A DNA stretch of 64,000 nucleotides, taken from NCBI RefSeq assembly GCF_006345805.1, contig NC_043001.1:99758001-99822000 (forward strand). The letters are read 5' to 3'. Position numbers and translations under genes: made by a program. Below, in pieces: positions 13,541 to 26,204 of this stretch. The notes under the pieces are model-generated. The model did not search any database. It was not told where the DNA came from and worked only from the letters and a program-made list of their open reading frames with translations. This DNA comes from Octopus sinensis. Taxonomy: Eukaryota. Position 1 is the stretch's first letter. Every line of letters starts with the position of its first letter.

Positions 13541-13714
13541 TGGAACATCAGAGTATATTCAACAACTATTTATAATTATTACCTGAATATAATAAAAATG
13601 CTAGCACACAAGAAATAAAATACAAATTAAAAAAGAAATTAAGGAACAGGCGATAGCTACAAATTACCTTGTAAACAAGAGGGACAAAGATACCAGCAAA
13701 ACTCCATGTTGGGA

Positions 13715-13985
13715 TAAGACAATGTTGGCCCTGCTCTGGCAGTGTGGAAGATATCACCTACATCATCAGTAGCTTCCCCAAGATGTCTATGAAATTCTTA
13801 TTTGTACCTTTCATCATAGGTGCATTAGGTTATATACCAACAAATATGCACAAAATCCTAAAAATACTCACTTTCATGGGGAAAGAGCAAATGAAACTGG
13901 TGCAGATTCTCCAAATCCAATCAATTAATGGCACAGTAAATATTTGCAAGACATTACAAAAATTTCCCATGAGATACTAATGTGA
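13715..13985 (+). mobile_element. RLE retrotransposon remnant (CCHC knuckle joined to RLE C-terminus)
   Basis: QCWPCSGSVEDITYIISSFPK directly followed by FLFVPFIIGALGYIP..INGTVNICKT. Confidence 0.65.
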
Positions 13986-14905
13986 ATAGATGCACACACT
14001 TAGGTGTCTGCATCAACAGTTCAGCTAATGCACCAGCTGAGCCACATATTCACAAACACTGGGACCTCTTCCCACTCAGAAAGTTTTATCACTTTACTAG
14101 CATCTGGCTTTAGCTCTCTCAAGAACTTAAATAAACTCAAAGAAAAAGCATGCCTGCATGCATGCACATGTGCATGTGCACACAAACATGCACACGCACA
14201 CACATACACACATGCACACACACATACACACACACACAAAGAGAGTTGGAATAAGAGACATGAAATGTTGCACAAAGTTATTTCCTTGAACCACAAATTT
14301 AAGACTTAAAATTTTACCCTAAAAATTAAAAGAAAATATTTTTCTCAAATTATTTTCATATTTTTTTTGCACACTATTCCTATTCTTTTCTCTCCTCTTA
14401 TCTTCTGCTTTTTTCTATGGATATAATACTGATTGATGTTTCAATAATGACATTATATGACCTTAGAAAAAATATTTTCTTGGTAAAACCCTTTCACTAT
14501 ATTTTCCACAATCTATATTTTTTGATGTCTTTTCATGATGAAGCACGAGTAGCTTATACATCCATACCTTCTCATATAGTACGTGCATCATGGCATGCAA
14601 AATATACCGACCTCTCTCTCTCCTTTGCAATCAAATCCCTACATCAAATTCAAATAACCTTTTCAACATTCTCTAGGAATTCTTTTGGTATTTTCCATTC
14701 CTTTTGTGCACTATTCAGCTGAAGGATATTTTGCATTTTGTTTTTTCTTCAAAAGCTATACCCACTAGCTATTCTAGCTTTAATCTCCAGTCCCATCTAA
14801 AGACCAGAAACAAAGCTAGGAGTAATGGTCAGTGTTATTCCAAGTAAACTGCTTCATGATTTCTAGATCAGGATTTTGCTGTCACTTAGGAATTCACAGA
14901 TTGGA

Positions 14906-16110
14906 TACAGTGATGGAACAGCTTGTTAAATGGAAGTACTTTTATTCAATATGGAGTTGATCCACCTTTGGCATCAATTGCAGCCTAAATACGTTGAGGA
15001 ATTGACTCATCCAGGTTCCGAATGGTTGTAAAGAGAAATTTTTGAACCCATTTTATCTCTTCCAGTGATACAAAAAGCTGCTCTTCACCTACTGCTCCAA
15101 AATACATACATTTTTGGTTGCATTGACACCTGTTGATTGTGGAGGGCCAGCCCAAATGGTCTACTTCCCTTTTGTGCTCCTTGTACCAATTTTGAATAAT
15201 GTTAGCCATGTGAATCACATTATCATTATGGAAGATCATACTACCATTAGGAACAATGATCAACCAAAGCAAGCAGATAATCCTTAACATTAACTCTGCC
15301 ATGTAGAACAACGAAAGGGCTAAGAAAATGTCATGACATGGTTGCTCTAATCATCGCTGAACCACCTCCATGCTTTATATTAGGGTCCAAACAGTCAGCA
15401 TTGAATGTTTCTTTGGGATATTTCCAGACATAAGAAAAAGTGTGAATGACGATTCAATTGGGAAGATGACATTATTCCATTGAGCCATTGACTATACCTG
15501 ATTATCATCATCATGATTGTCATTTAATGTCTGTTATCCATGGTTGCATGGCTTGACCAGGGCTGGTAAGCTGGAAGGCTGCACCAGACTTCAGTTCTGA
15601 TTTGGCATTGTTTCTACAGCTGGATGCCTTTCCTAATGTCAACCACTTTACAGAGTGTAATGGGTGCTTTTAGATGCTACCGGCATAATGCATAATGCTT
15701 AGACACCATTTTTTTTTGTTTACCAGTCTTCCTGGAAGACAGGAAAGGTTTAGTAATTAAAGTTCTTTGGTATCCAGCTTAATGGAACTTATTGATGAAT
15801 GGGTTTGGTTGGCAAGGTAGAGTTTAGCTCTGCTGTTACTTTTTCTACCATAGTTTGATGTTATTTTAGACACAATACATTTCATTATTCTGTGGTCCCT
15901 CTCTGTGAACTTTACTTTTCATTGAGAATTATGCTTGTCAGAATAAGTTTTACCTTGGTTTTGGAATGTCAACAAGATTTCAGAGACAGAACCTCTTGAA
16001 ACACTAAATTCAGAAGGTTTAGTGACTGAACTTACAGCTCTCTTCACTCAAACAATTTGTCCTCTTTGAAAATCAGACATCTCACACATTTTAACGTATT
16101 CACATACAAA
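14906..16110 (-). mobile_element. Tc1-family transposon remnant, split by an RTE tail insertion (15500-15690)
   Basis: N-terminal MSDFQRGQIV..SVTKPSE.SVSRG (~16085-15990); catalytic region IFHNDNVIHMANIIQNWYKEHKREVDHLGWP (15240-15145); TA-CAGTG at 14906. Confidence 0.75.
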
Positions 16111-16409
16111 TATCAACAAACAGAGAAAAGCTGAGAGCTACATCGTGAAGTACAAGACATACAAAATGTATATGAACCCATGTGTACATATAACAGTCCT
16201 GAATTTGGTGGCAAGAGAAATCATTTACATGTGACTGCTTGTTAGCCGACTTCTTTCCAATAGAAGTGGTTTTCTGCTATAATCATACAAAAAAAAAAAA
16301 TGATACATATTCTAGACGTTCAGTCATGTCTTTTAGAGAGGTGAATGTTGCTTGACAAGTGTTTCACTTGGTGATAAGCTGCTGATAATTTATGACAAAA
16401 AGTTCTGTA

Positions 16410-16930
16410 TTTGCCTTCATTGGTAAGTATGAATATGATCTGGCAGTGCTGGGAAAGCCAACTGGAATACTCTTGCAAATTCAAATCCAAAGTAATCAAT
16501 TTGTTTTACCATAATGACTATCAGCAAAGTTATGGTAGTTGTCAAACAAAGACTAAACTTTTAAGGTATCATCTAATATTTAAAAGAGGCAGCTACTTGA
16601 CAACTTTACAAGTGACAGGAGAAGCAGTTCACTGGATAGCAGCTTTGGTGTTCATGTAATTGCTTTAGACACTTTCAATTTTGACAATGTACACCATAAA
16701 CAATTGCTTCATGATATGATGAGCTTTGGTATATCTGGTTGAGTCTTTTCCATTGTCAAATAATTTCTAACAGCAAGCAATCTGAAAGTTGTTGGCTATA
16801 GTCATTCTGCTAGAATTTATTAAACCAATATAGGCATGCCACAAGTATCTATCCTAAGACCTACATACTTCCTGCTATCTCTATAACTTCATCTCTGCCC
16901 ACAATTTCCAACCAGCTACAAATCAAACAT
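16410..16930 (+). mobile_element. Highly degraded CR1/Jockey-group LINE RT fragment
   Basis: VIALDTFNFDNVHHKQLLHDMMSFGISG..GMPQVSILRP, resembling ALDISKAFDKVWH..GVPQGSILGP. Confidence 0.55.
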
Positions 16931-17517
16931 TTTGTTTATATAACCAAACTACGTGAGAAATAAATGGAAATCAGCATGAGTTGAATACTAAGTGTGAAAT
17001 TTTTTTATTCCTATTCATCTTTCTTGATATGTTTTTCTTTTTAAATATAAATTTAATACAGAAATCTATTCTTCGAATCCTCTAGTCTTGATTACAGATC
17101 CATCTATGCTTCTAAGAGCCTAATCTGGCCATAAATTCTACTCCTTTACACAGAGATAAAACGTAATAGTGTCTACAAGCTACAGGCATCCTACATAATA
17201 ATATTGCTGTTGAATTTGATAGACAGAGTTTCTCAGTGAAACATACTTCGTACTGTCAATAACATAGTTATGAGGAACCAAAGTTCATCATAACTATGTT
17301 ATAATAACTCGTAGTATTATCTTTATAGCACTAACAGTGTACATAATCCACACTTAATCTAGTCATAATCTGGAAGCATGTGCTAAAATTGAAGTACAAT
17401 AATACTAAAAAGTACTTTATCTGCCTTACTCTACTTATTTAAACCATTGATATTTTTGTTTAGTTGAGAAATTGGCAATAGAAAACCGTTGAGCACAATA
17501 TTTAAAAAAGCATTTAC

Positions 17518-17572
17518 TACTGCAATCTGTATCGACAGGCAAATTTTCCCCAAACATCTTGCCTCTGCAAGC
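17518..17572 (-). CDS. Candidate caspase-family exon encoding the catalytic Cys and intersubunit linker
   Basis: Acceptor CTTTATATTCATTTCTCCAG|GCT TGC AGA GGC gives (Q)|ACRGKMFGENLPVDTDCS. Candidate donor GTAAAT at 17517 (or GTAGTA at 17520), both phase 1. No other caspase exon was found in the window. Confidence 0.45.
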
Positions 17573-17748
17573 CTGGAGAAATGAATATAAAGCAGTATAT
17601 ATACTGTTCATATATCCATCACTCCCAGTGTGCACTTTCTACACCCACAGTTCATAGGTATTATATACAAAATGGGAATAGCTGAGCTACAACTACTCAG
17701 CAGTGCATATCTTCCTTCTTATTAGCAGATTTTAGTTTCAGTATAACC

Positions 17749-17979
17749 TATTTCTTTATTACCCACAAGGGGCTAAACAGAGAGGGGACAAACAAGGACA
17801 GACATAGGTATTAAGTCGATTACATCGACCCCAGTGCGTAACTGGTACTTAATTTATCGACCCCGAAAGGATGAAAGGCAAAGTTGACCTCGGCGGAATT
17901 TGAACTCAGAACGTAGCGGCAGACGAAATACCGGTAAGCATTTCGCCCGGCGTGCTAACGTTTCTGCCAGCTCGCCGCC
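17749..17979 (-). mobile_element. Young tRNA-derived SINE with 12-bp target-site duplication
   Basis: TSD TTCAGTATAACC at 17737-17748 and 17980-17991; CpG-rich; B-box-like GAGTTCAAATTCC on minus. Older copies at 29270-29400(-), 49060-49240, 59400-59620. Confidence 0.85.
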
Positions 17980-19289
17980 TTCAGTATAACCACTGTATAG
18001 CTTCAGTATAACCACTGTGTATATTCATTAGATGCATGCTATAAGTGTGTCTGTAAGAATTATTAATGAAAGAAAACCAAAAATCAACCTGAAATCCTAG
18101 TGATAATGAAGCAGTGAAGAGGAAATAGGGAGAGGAAACCATAAATCACAAATGACTTGTGATCCTCTTATCTGGTCTCACATTGATAGAACAACTGAAA
18201 TAATTATGGTTAATGGAGACAAACAGCTTTTTTCTTTTGTTCCATTCCCTTTTTTTTATTTTTGTGTCACTAAACTGCAGTCTGTTTAAACTAGCTGGCA
18301 GCCATCCATCTAATAGAAAAAATGCTGAGCTACAGAACACCATGAAGGAGAGGGAGAGACAGAAGATGGATGGAGTGGAAATTAAGGCTTCAGAGCAGTA
18401 GAGAGATGAAGCATCATCATCATTTTCTGTTTAATTTCCTCCTAGCAGCCGATGGATGGAGCAATGTTTGCAAAGCTTCTTATTGATAACCACTGCTTTC
18501 ATAGGTTGATACACACATGTATCATTTGAGTTTGTTTCTAGGGCTGGATGCCCTTCCTGACATCAACCATTTCACAAAATGTCCTGGGTGAAATTTTTTT
18601 TGTGTCAATAACACTAAAAAAGTTAATAAGTTCTCTTGCAAGACGAGAAGAGAGAGTTTATTCATATCAAAATAGATAGAAAATGGAAAAAAAACCCCAC
18701 CAAAGCAAGATAAAACAAAAACTGAAAAATGAGTGTAATGATAATCTCTTGTAATTTGATTGGCATTTCACCATCATTATCATTTTAATTAATGTCTGTT
18801 TTCCATGCTGGTATGGGTTGGATGGCTTGACAGGAGCTGGCAAGGCTCGAGAGCTGTACCAAGCTTCTTTGGTGGGATGGTCTTCCTAATGCTAATCATT
18901 TTACAATTACCACAAGTCATCACACCAAATACCATTATCAATTTGCAAAGAGCAATTACCAAAACAATCGAGTTAATTATGAAATAGTTAATATGCAGAA
19001 CCAAAAGATAAACAAATTAGAACAATTTGTTGTTGAATGTGTTGAACAGCAGACGGAAAATCTAAAACCTGAGAAATAGTAATAATAAAATGATTTTAAT
19101 GCATTTCCTTTTTGGGAATGGAAACTTATGTTTTAGAGTTTAAGAAATAAAGACACTCTGTTTTTCAATACAGATATGAATTTCATATGCATATTACTGT
19201 TGCATCTGATAGAGAAGACAATTCCTGTTAATATACATAAACTGGTCAAGATGCCAACAACAACAACAATAATAACAATCTACTACCAG

Positions 19290-20620
19290 TGGAACAAAAA
19301 AGGTGTAGACATAGGAGCAGAGGAACAAAGTTGATTGCAAGAAGAGACACAAAAATTTGGTGATGGTAAGAGTGGACGACAGGAAAGCATACGAATGGTC
19401 ACACACTCGCGGATTATTGAATGGCTTAAACTGCTTAAGGTTTCACACGATATCCTGAAGTTAATACAAAACTCAATGACAATGTGGTGAACTGAACTCA
19501 CAACATGGAGAGATAAGCTGGGAGAGGTAAATGTCAAAAGAGGAATCTTTCAAGAGGACAGTCTGTCGTCTCTGCTATTTGGTGTCTGCATACTGCCACT
19601 AACAAGCGTTTTAAGAAAGATGCGTATGAGGTACATGCTAGGCAGGGTGAAAGTAAACAACCTGTGGTTTATGGATGACTTAAAGCTATTTGCTAAGATT
19701 GAGAAAGAAATTGAGAGTTTGATGGCAACTGTGCAGATGATTAGCAAAAGATATTGGCATGGAATTTGGGATCAAGAAATGTGGTGTAATGATCCTCAAA
19801 AGGGTGAAAATCATTAAAAGCCATGGGAGGAAGGATATAAGTACCTGGGTATCATTGAAAGAGATATGATGAATGAACACAAAATGAAAGAAATGTACAG
19901 GAAAGAGTATTTGAGGAGAACTCGGCCTGTGCTCCAATTGAAGCTAAATGGCTGCTATAAGATTAGAGCAATTAACATGTGGGATATTGCGTTGATGAGA
20001 TATGGGCAGGAAGACAAAAGGAGATATGACAATGTGGCCAGATATGCCCACTGACTGTTGTGTAGTAAAGCAAACCTTGAGAGAGCCGAACAATGGTATG
20101 AACACAAGCCAGAGGAAGTAATGGAAAATGAACACTATAAAATACTCTGGGATTTTAACATGCAGAGCGACTGAGTCATAGAGATGAGACAACCAGATAT
20201 CGTGCTCATCCATAAAGATGAAAAAGAAGTAAAGATAATGGATGTTGCAATACCAAGTGATTTGAGGGTGAAATGTAAGGAAACAAAAGAGAAATACCAG
20301 CGAATGTGGGACGAGATAGAAAAGTTATGGGCATGAGGAAAGTAATGATGATACCGGTGGTAACTGGCACATTAGGACCAGTTTCCAAGGGATTTGAAAA
20401 GCATATTAAAAATATTGGAGATGTTGTCAGGCTAGAGGTGATCCAGAAGGCAACATTGTTGGGTACAACTCGCATTCTAAGGAGAGTATTATTTCTTTGA
20501 GTCACAGGAGAAGGTACTACTTGAAACCTTTGGTGATTTGTTGTTCCCTGTTTTCAAGTAAAGAATAACTGGTAATTAAGAACTATCTGAGAGCCTTTCA
20601 GAATAGATGATAACAATAAT
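19290..20620 (+). mobile_element. R4/Dong-like RLE retrotransposon (RT and RLE, internally deleted)
   Basis: KRGIFQEDSLSSLLF, LWFMDDLKLFAK, KILWDFNMQSD..RQPDIVLIHK..IMDVAIPSD, IPVVTGTLG. Confidence 0.85.
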
Positions 20621-20789
20621 AAAGCTAGAAAGTTCTGGAGTAATATTTGGGATAAAACAGTCAATTATAATGGAGATACAGTAAGGTTAAAGAAAGTGAG
20701 TGAAGAAGTAGTGAGTGAGAAGCAGCTAGATCTAAGATTAACTAGTGCATAGTCTTAATTGAGATAGAGAAAAGGAAGCCAGACATAGT

Positions 20790-21190
20790 CTTAATTGAGA
20801 AAGAAAGTAAAAACAAAGCTGGATCATAGATATAGCATGCCCAGCTGACAAGGAATGCAATAAGGAAGAAAGAAAAGTCGAGAGATATGACAGGTTAGCT
20901 TGGGAAGTTAAGCAGTTGTGATCGATGAAAAAGGTAGCAGTAGTACCAATAATTGTCAGAGCCCTGGGAACAGTGAGTAAAAATATCGAGAAGTACATGG
21001 AATAAATAGAGGCTGCAATAAGGGTGGAGCACTTGCAGAAAGCAGCACTGCTTGGAACCGCTCGACTACTTCGGAAGGTGCTTGTAAAATAAGAGGTGTT
21101 GCCTTACTTCACTGGTAGTGAACAGCTGACACTGTAGTACATCTCCAGTGTTAGAAGCTGTGCAAAGGCAATAATAATAATAATAATTTA
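20790..21190 (+). mobile_element. R4/Dong-like 3' fragment ending in (AAT)n
   Basis: CWIIDIACPADKECNKEERKVERYDRLAWEV..VVPIIVRALG..LQKAALLGTARLLRKVL, then (AAT)n at 21171-21187. Confidence 0.8.
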
Positions 21191-21589
21191 CCTTTGGAAA
21201 CATGGTTGTTTCATTCAACAACCTTAAACAACCCTTTTTCCAGGGACCTTTTGAGTGGGATGGGCTATTCAACCTGAAGAAAATTCTAACTGGGTCCCAC
21301 AGCAAGGTTATGTGCTGTTTATCTTGATATGTGATCACCATGTCACACACATATGGCTGTCAGGCGTGTGCCTGCTGTATCATTATCATACAGGTAGTCA
21401 TGATTGGTACACTGGGTTTCATATATTTTACCCTGGAGTCACTTTGATGGTATGCACTGTTCACTCACTCAATAATATTAATAACAGAAGTTGCTGGAAA
21501 ATAGGTGGGATTGGTTGATGAAAGGAACCCTAAAAAAGAGAGACTGAGAGCATTATACTGGCAGTGCATGACCAAGCTTTGGCCATGAA

Positions 21590-23050
21590 CTGGAGGATCA
21601 ACCTTAGGAATGAGCAAGAGTCTCCTCCGAACTGCATCTGGGCAATAGAAACCATTGCCCATATCACAAACAAATGCCCTAGACTTGCCCAAAACCACTA
21701 CAAGTTGTGGCGACATGACCAGCTAGTGAAACTGTGGAAACTGTGTGAAGAGTGGAGGCTAGAGAGAGGCAAGATGTAGTAAGAGCACAAACTGCAAAGT
21801 GTAATGGAGTCGGAGACTCGTAAAATCCTCTGGGATTTCCCTATCCAAACATATCAGGTGCTTGAGCATGACAGCCCAGACCTATGGGTGGTGGACAAGG
21901 TGCACCACATTTGCTATGTAGTTGATGTTGCATGTCCCTTTGACCCACGAATAGTCAAGAAGGAAGCTGTAAAGATAGATAAATACAACCCTCGTAAGTA
22001 CGAAATAGCCTGGCTATGGAAAATGAAGAAGGTAGAGATAATGCTAATTATTATTGGGTCCTTGGGGACAGTATCAGAAGGCATCAAGAGGAAGATAAAG
22101 GAAATTGGAATAGAGTGCCCAATAGAACTGTTACGAAAGGTTTACCTCCTTGGCATGGTCAGAATAATCAGGAAATTATTAGGTAGCTGAAAATAAAGAA
22201 TAGCATGGTACTGTAGTGTGCAGGTAGTAAGCCCGCTATGCATGCAAGACTCCAGGAGCTCCAACAGTATTTGTGATAAAGAGAAAATAATAATAATAAT
22301 AATAATGATGATGATGATGATGATGATGATAATAATAATGATGATGATAACATCGGAGAGTCAACTTTACAAATGAGCAAGTGTCTTCTCTGAACTGCAT
22401 CTGTAATAGAGTGGATGAAACCATTGCCCATATTGCAAACGAATGCTGTAGTCTCACCCAAAACCACTACAAGCTGTGGCAACATGATGAGGTGGCAAAA
22501 GTACAACATTGGAAACTGTTTGAAACGTGAGGACTAGAGAGAGGCAAGACATGGTATGAGCAAAAACCACAGAGAGTGGTGGAGTTAGAGACTAGCAAAA
22601 GCTTCTGGGATTTTCCATTTCAAACAGATCAGGTGCTACAGCATAAAAGACTGGACCTAATGGTGGTCAACAAGATGCACCACATCTGCTATATAGTTAG
22701 TGTTGCATGCCCCTTTGACCTATGAATAGTCAAGAAGGAAGGTGAAAATTAGATAAATACAATCTTCTTGAGTATGAAATAGCCTGGCTATGGAAAAAGA
22801 AGGAGAAGATCGTGCCAATTATTGTCGGGTCTTTGGGCGACAGTATCAGAAAACATCCACAGGAATATAAAGGAAATTGGAATAGAGTGTCCAGTAGAAC
22901 TGCTACAAAAGTTTTAACTCCTTGGCATGGCCAGAATAATCAGGAAAGTATTATATAGTTGAAAAGAACTGATAGCATGGTACCATATGCATGCATGACT
23001 CCAGGAATTACAACAAAACCCAAGATAAAAAGGGAAACAACAGAAATAAC
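21590..23050 (+). mobile_element. Two tandem copies of an R4/Dong-like 3' region (CCHC and RLE)
   Basis: Copy 1 (21590-22290): ETIAHITNKCP..KILWDFPIQT..PDLWVVDK..VVDVACPFD. Copy 2 (22355-23050) is co-linear. They are separated by (AAT)n(GAT)n at 22286-22350. Confidence 0.85.
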
Positions 23051-23124
23051 AGCATAGATATAAAAGATTTTTAAGTATACAAAATGGCGATATGTTTCAT
23101 AGGGAAATTTTCTTTACTTTTTCG

Positions 23125-23665
23125 TTTTCATTTAATGTCCGCTTTCCATGCTAGCATGGGTTGGACAGTTTGACTGAGGGCTGGTGAACCAGAAGGCTGC
23201 ACCATGCTCCAGTCTTGATCTGGCAGAGTTTCAACATCTGGATGCTCTTCCTAATGCCAACCACTCCGAGAGTGTAGTGGGTGCTTTTATGTGCCACTGG
23301 CATGGGGGCCAGTCAGGGGGTACTGGCAACAACCTTGCTCGAATCTTCTTACACATGCCACCGGCACAGGTGCCAGTAAGGCGATGCTGGTAACGATCAT
23401 GCTCGAATGGTGCCTTTTACATGCCACCTGCACGGAAGCCAGTTAGCAGCTTTGGCAAAGATCACGCTCGGATGGTGCTCTTAGCATGGGGCACAAGTGC
23501 CAGTAAGGTGATGCTGGTAACGATCACACTCGAATGGTGCCTTTTATGTGCCACTGGCACAGAAGCCGGTTAAGCCGCTCTGTCAACGATCACGCTCGTA
23601 TGGTGCTCTTTGCACCCTGCTAGCACGGGTGCCTGTCGTCGAATTTCACTTTGATTTTGATTTTA
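23125..23665 (-). mobile_element. RTE 3' UTR copy with ~6-unit VNTR
   Basis: Tail block, then ~60-65 bp units (GGTGC.TTTTA..TGCCAC.GGCAC..GCCAGT..AACGATCACGCTCG), ending in TTGATTTTGATTTT. Confidence 0.8.
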
Positions 23666-26204
23666 TAATCGAAAATTAAAATAAGTTATAAGCTGAAATA
23701 AGACGAATTTATCAGTCTGTTCTCACCATTCCATAATGCTGATGGAATACATTTTAAGTGAGTTTGGAGTAAATCTTCCCCAAGTTTTATGTATAGTTTG
23801 CATACAGATTTAAAAACATCAATGTAATAATTAGTTAATGGAAAGAAATAATTTGAATACAATAAAAGAAATTTAAATAAAATATTTAATTAATATGTTC
23901 TTCTTTATCCCTCACCTAGATTTATCATAAAAGTTGTCTTTTACTTCATCTTAATTGATAATATTTTTACAAAATAGTCAACAAATGCATTTTCTTTGGT
24001 AGCATTATCTTTTAGATAGCGATTTTGTAATTAGGAACTACCAAACTATGCAGACTGGTGATAAATATTTTCCCAAAATATAAATATGGGATAAATAAAA
24101 GATTATTTTTAGAAGGAAACTCCCAAAATACTAAGTGAAACCCCTTGTTGTAGTCTCTGCTCACTATGCTTCTTGGGTTTTAGTTTACCTTGGTTAGTTG
24201 GTTACTAACTGACCCTGTTGAAATTTCTATTGCATTCTTTGTACCCACCTTGCAGATTATATATATATGCATGTGTATGGATGGTGTATTTGAAAACAAC
24301 CAGTTCTGATGTATGAATACCAAAAATAATATCCAGTTCTTTACAGAGTGCAGTTTTGATCCACAAACCTCTGGTTTAGAGGCCCAGCACACTTCTCCTT
24401 GCACCAATTTGTTCAATGAGTGATTAAGCAGTTACATAAAGTATTATTTCTTATATTGTTTGTTCTGTTGCATCACTCCATTTCTTTGCCTTGAACTCTT
24501 TCAGATATACAAAACATAATAACTACACAATACATACTGCAGCACTTGGATGTTAATTTGCTTACATAAAGGTGACATTTTGCTCTCTTGATCCTCCAGG
24601 TGTCACATTTGATAAACCACATGCATAGATCTATGAGTTGCACATTTTTCTGAGTGCCTTTTCTGTGCCATTTTCAGATCAGCCAAAAGTAAATCAATCC
24701 AGTGCAGCATAACAAGCAAGATTGCTCACATAGAGCTATTAGAAATGACATTTTGAAAAATATACTGTATAATTATTTATCAGGAGTACAAAACCACTGT
24801 TAATCCATCTTGAAACACCACCTCTGGCACACTTCTTTTTCTTTTTTGTCATCAACAATTGATTTATTTCTCATACACTTAGCACAACAGTCAAGTTTCA
24901 GGTCTGACAGCTGTTTCTGGGGGCTCAGAATTACTGCCAACAGTAAAGTTATGTACAAATTTTCAATAGTACATTGGGCAGTAAGTGATATTTACTCATT
25001 ATTTACAATTTAAACTGATTATCAAGTAGATTTTCTGTATCAGCAGAGATTTTTAATAAAGTGTCAGTGAAATGTGTGTAAAGGAAACATCAAAATGAAA
25101 GTGTTGGTTGCCTCCTAGGTGAGTAAGTAGTGAAACTTTATATTTACTGTTAGAACTGGAAGAATAGTCTATGAGCTAAACCAAATGAGTCATTAGTTCC
25201 AGGCAGAAATATTAATATTCAATGGTGAACTCAATCCAAAAACATTATCCATTTAATTTTGGTGAGACTGGTTACCTTAAGAATACAGAATACTTTAAGA
25301 AGCCATTTGAACATGCATACGTCATCTATGTCAGAAAATAAGACAAGAAAGTTTGGTAATGTCAAATATCTTATAATAGACATAGGGACCCAGTGGAAGG
25401 CATAAAATTATTCTGGCCCAAAATATTTGTAACTTTTTACTATAAGTAAAATTACTCTAGTGGTATGCAATTTTAGTTAGCCTATACTGGTAAGGCAATA
25501 TTTCTCTTAGTTCTTCGAACACAAACAACTGAATGGCTGGATATGATTGTGTTGATGATTGAGAACAAATGACACTGTTTGCCAGATGGTGACTTTTGTT
25601 TACATTTAACATGCTCATATGAGAACAAGGGGAAACACACACATACATGTTCTCTCTCTCACACACAAATAGACAAATAAGATGGTCTTCATCCAGTAAT
25701 TTCACTCACAAGGCTTTGGTGAACTATTGACAAGTCCTCGAAGAAAACAGATGGAAAGGTCCATTCAGGCAAAAACCACATGGTTTCAAAATCAACTTCT
25801 TTACCACATGGTTGTACTTGCATCTATATTTGTGTGTGTATATGTGTGAATGTGGATGCACCTATTATATGTGTGTATGTATTAGCATCTAAGCACCTAT
25901 GTGTGCATGTATGCATATGTGTGTAGGCACCAATGTGTGTGTTCGTGTGAGTGTATAGGCACCTATATATGTGTGAATATATAGACATCTATATGTGTGA
26001 GTACATGTGAGTGTGTAGACACCTGTGTGTGTGTGTGTGTGTGTGTGCATGCAAGGAAGTCATCTTAGATACTTAGACATCTATGGAAAAGAGTGGAACT
26101 AATTTATGGATGAGGTAATTCATATAAACGAGAAACAAGAATGAGCGATGAGGAATAATCAGTGGCACATATTTGAACAATAAAGATGAATAAAAGTATA
26201 TCAA

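Noticed and set aside
16945-16985. YSTHADFHLF resembling caspase p10 (IP.HADFL)
   Set aside because: Wrong phase, weak splice sites, and no downstream YST/GSWF motifs.
23285-23645. CRISPR-like repeat-spacer appearance
   Set aside because: Whole units are degenerate homologues with no unique spacers; it is the VNTR of a dispersed RTE UTR in a eukaryotic genome.
24560-24990. Minus-strand open stretches with donors (..NVTF|GTAAGC; LAVILSP) as caspase p20 exons
   Set aside because: No SHG or GKPK motif and poor acceptors.
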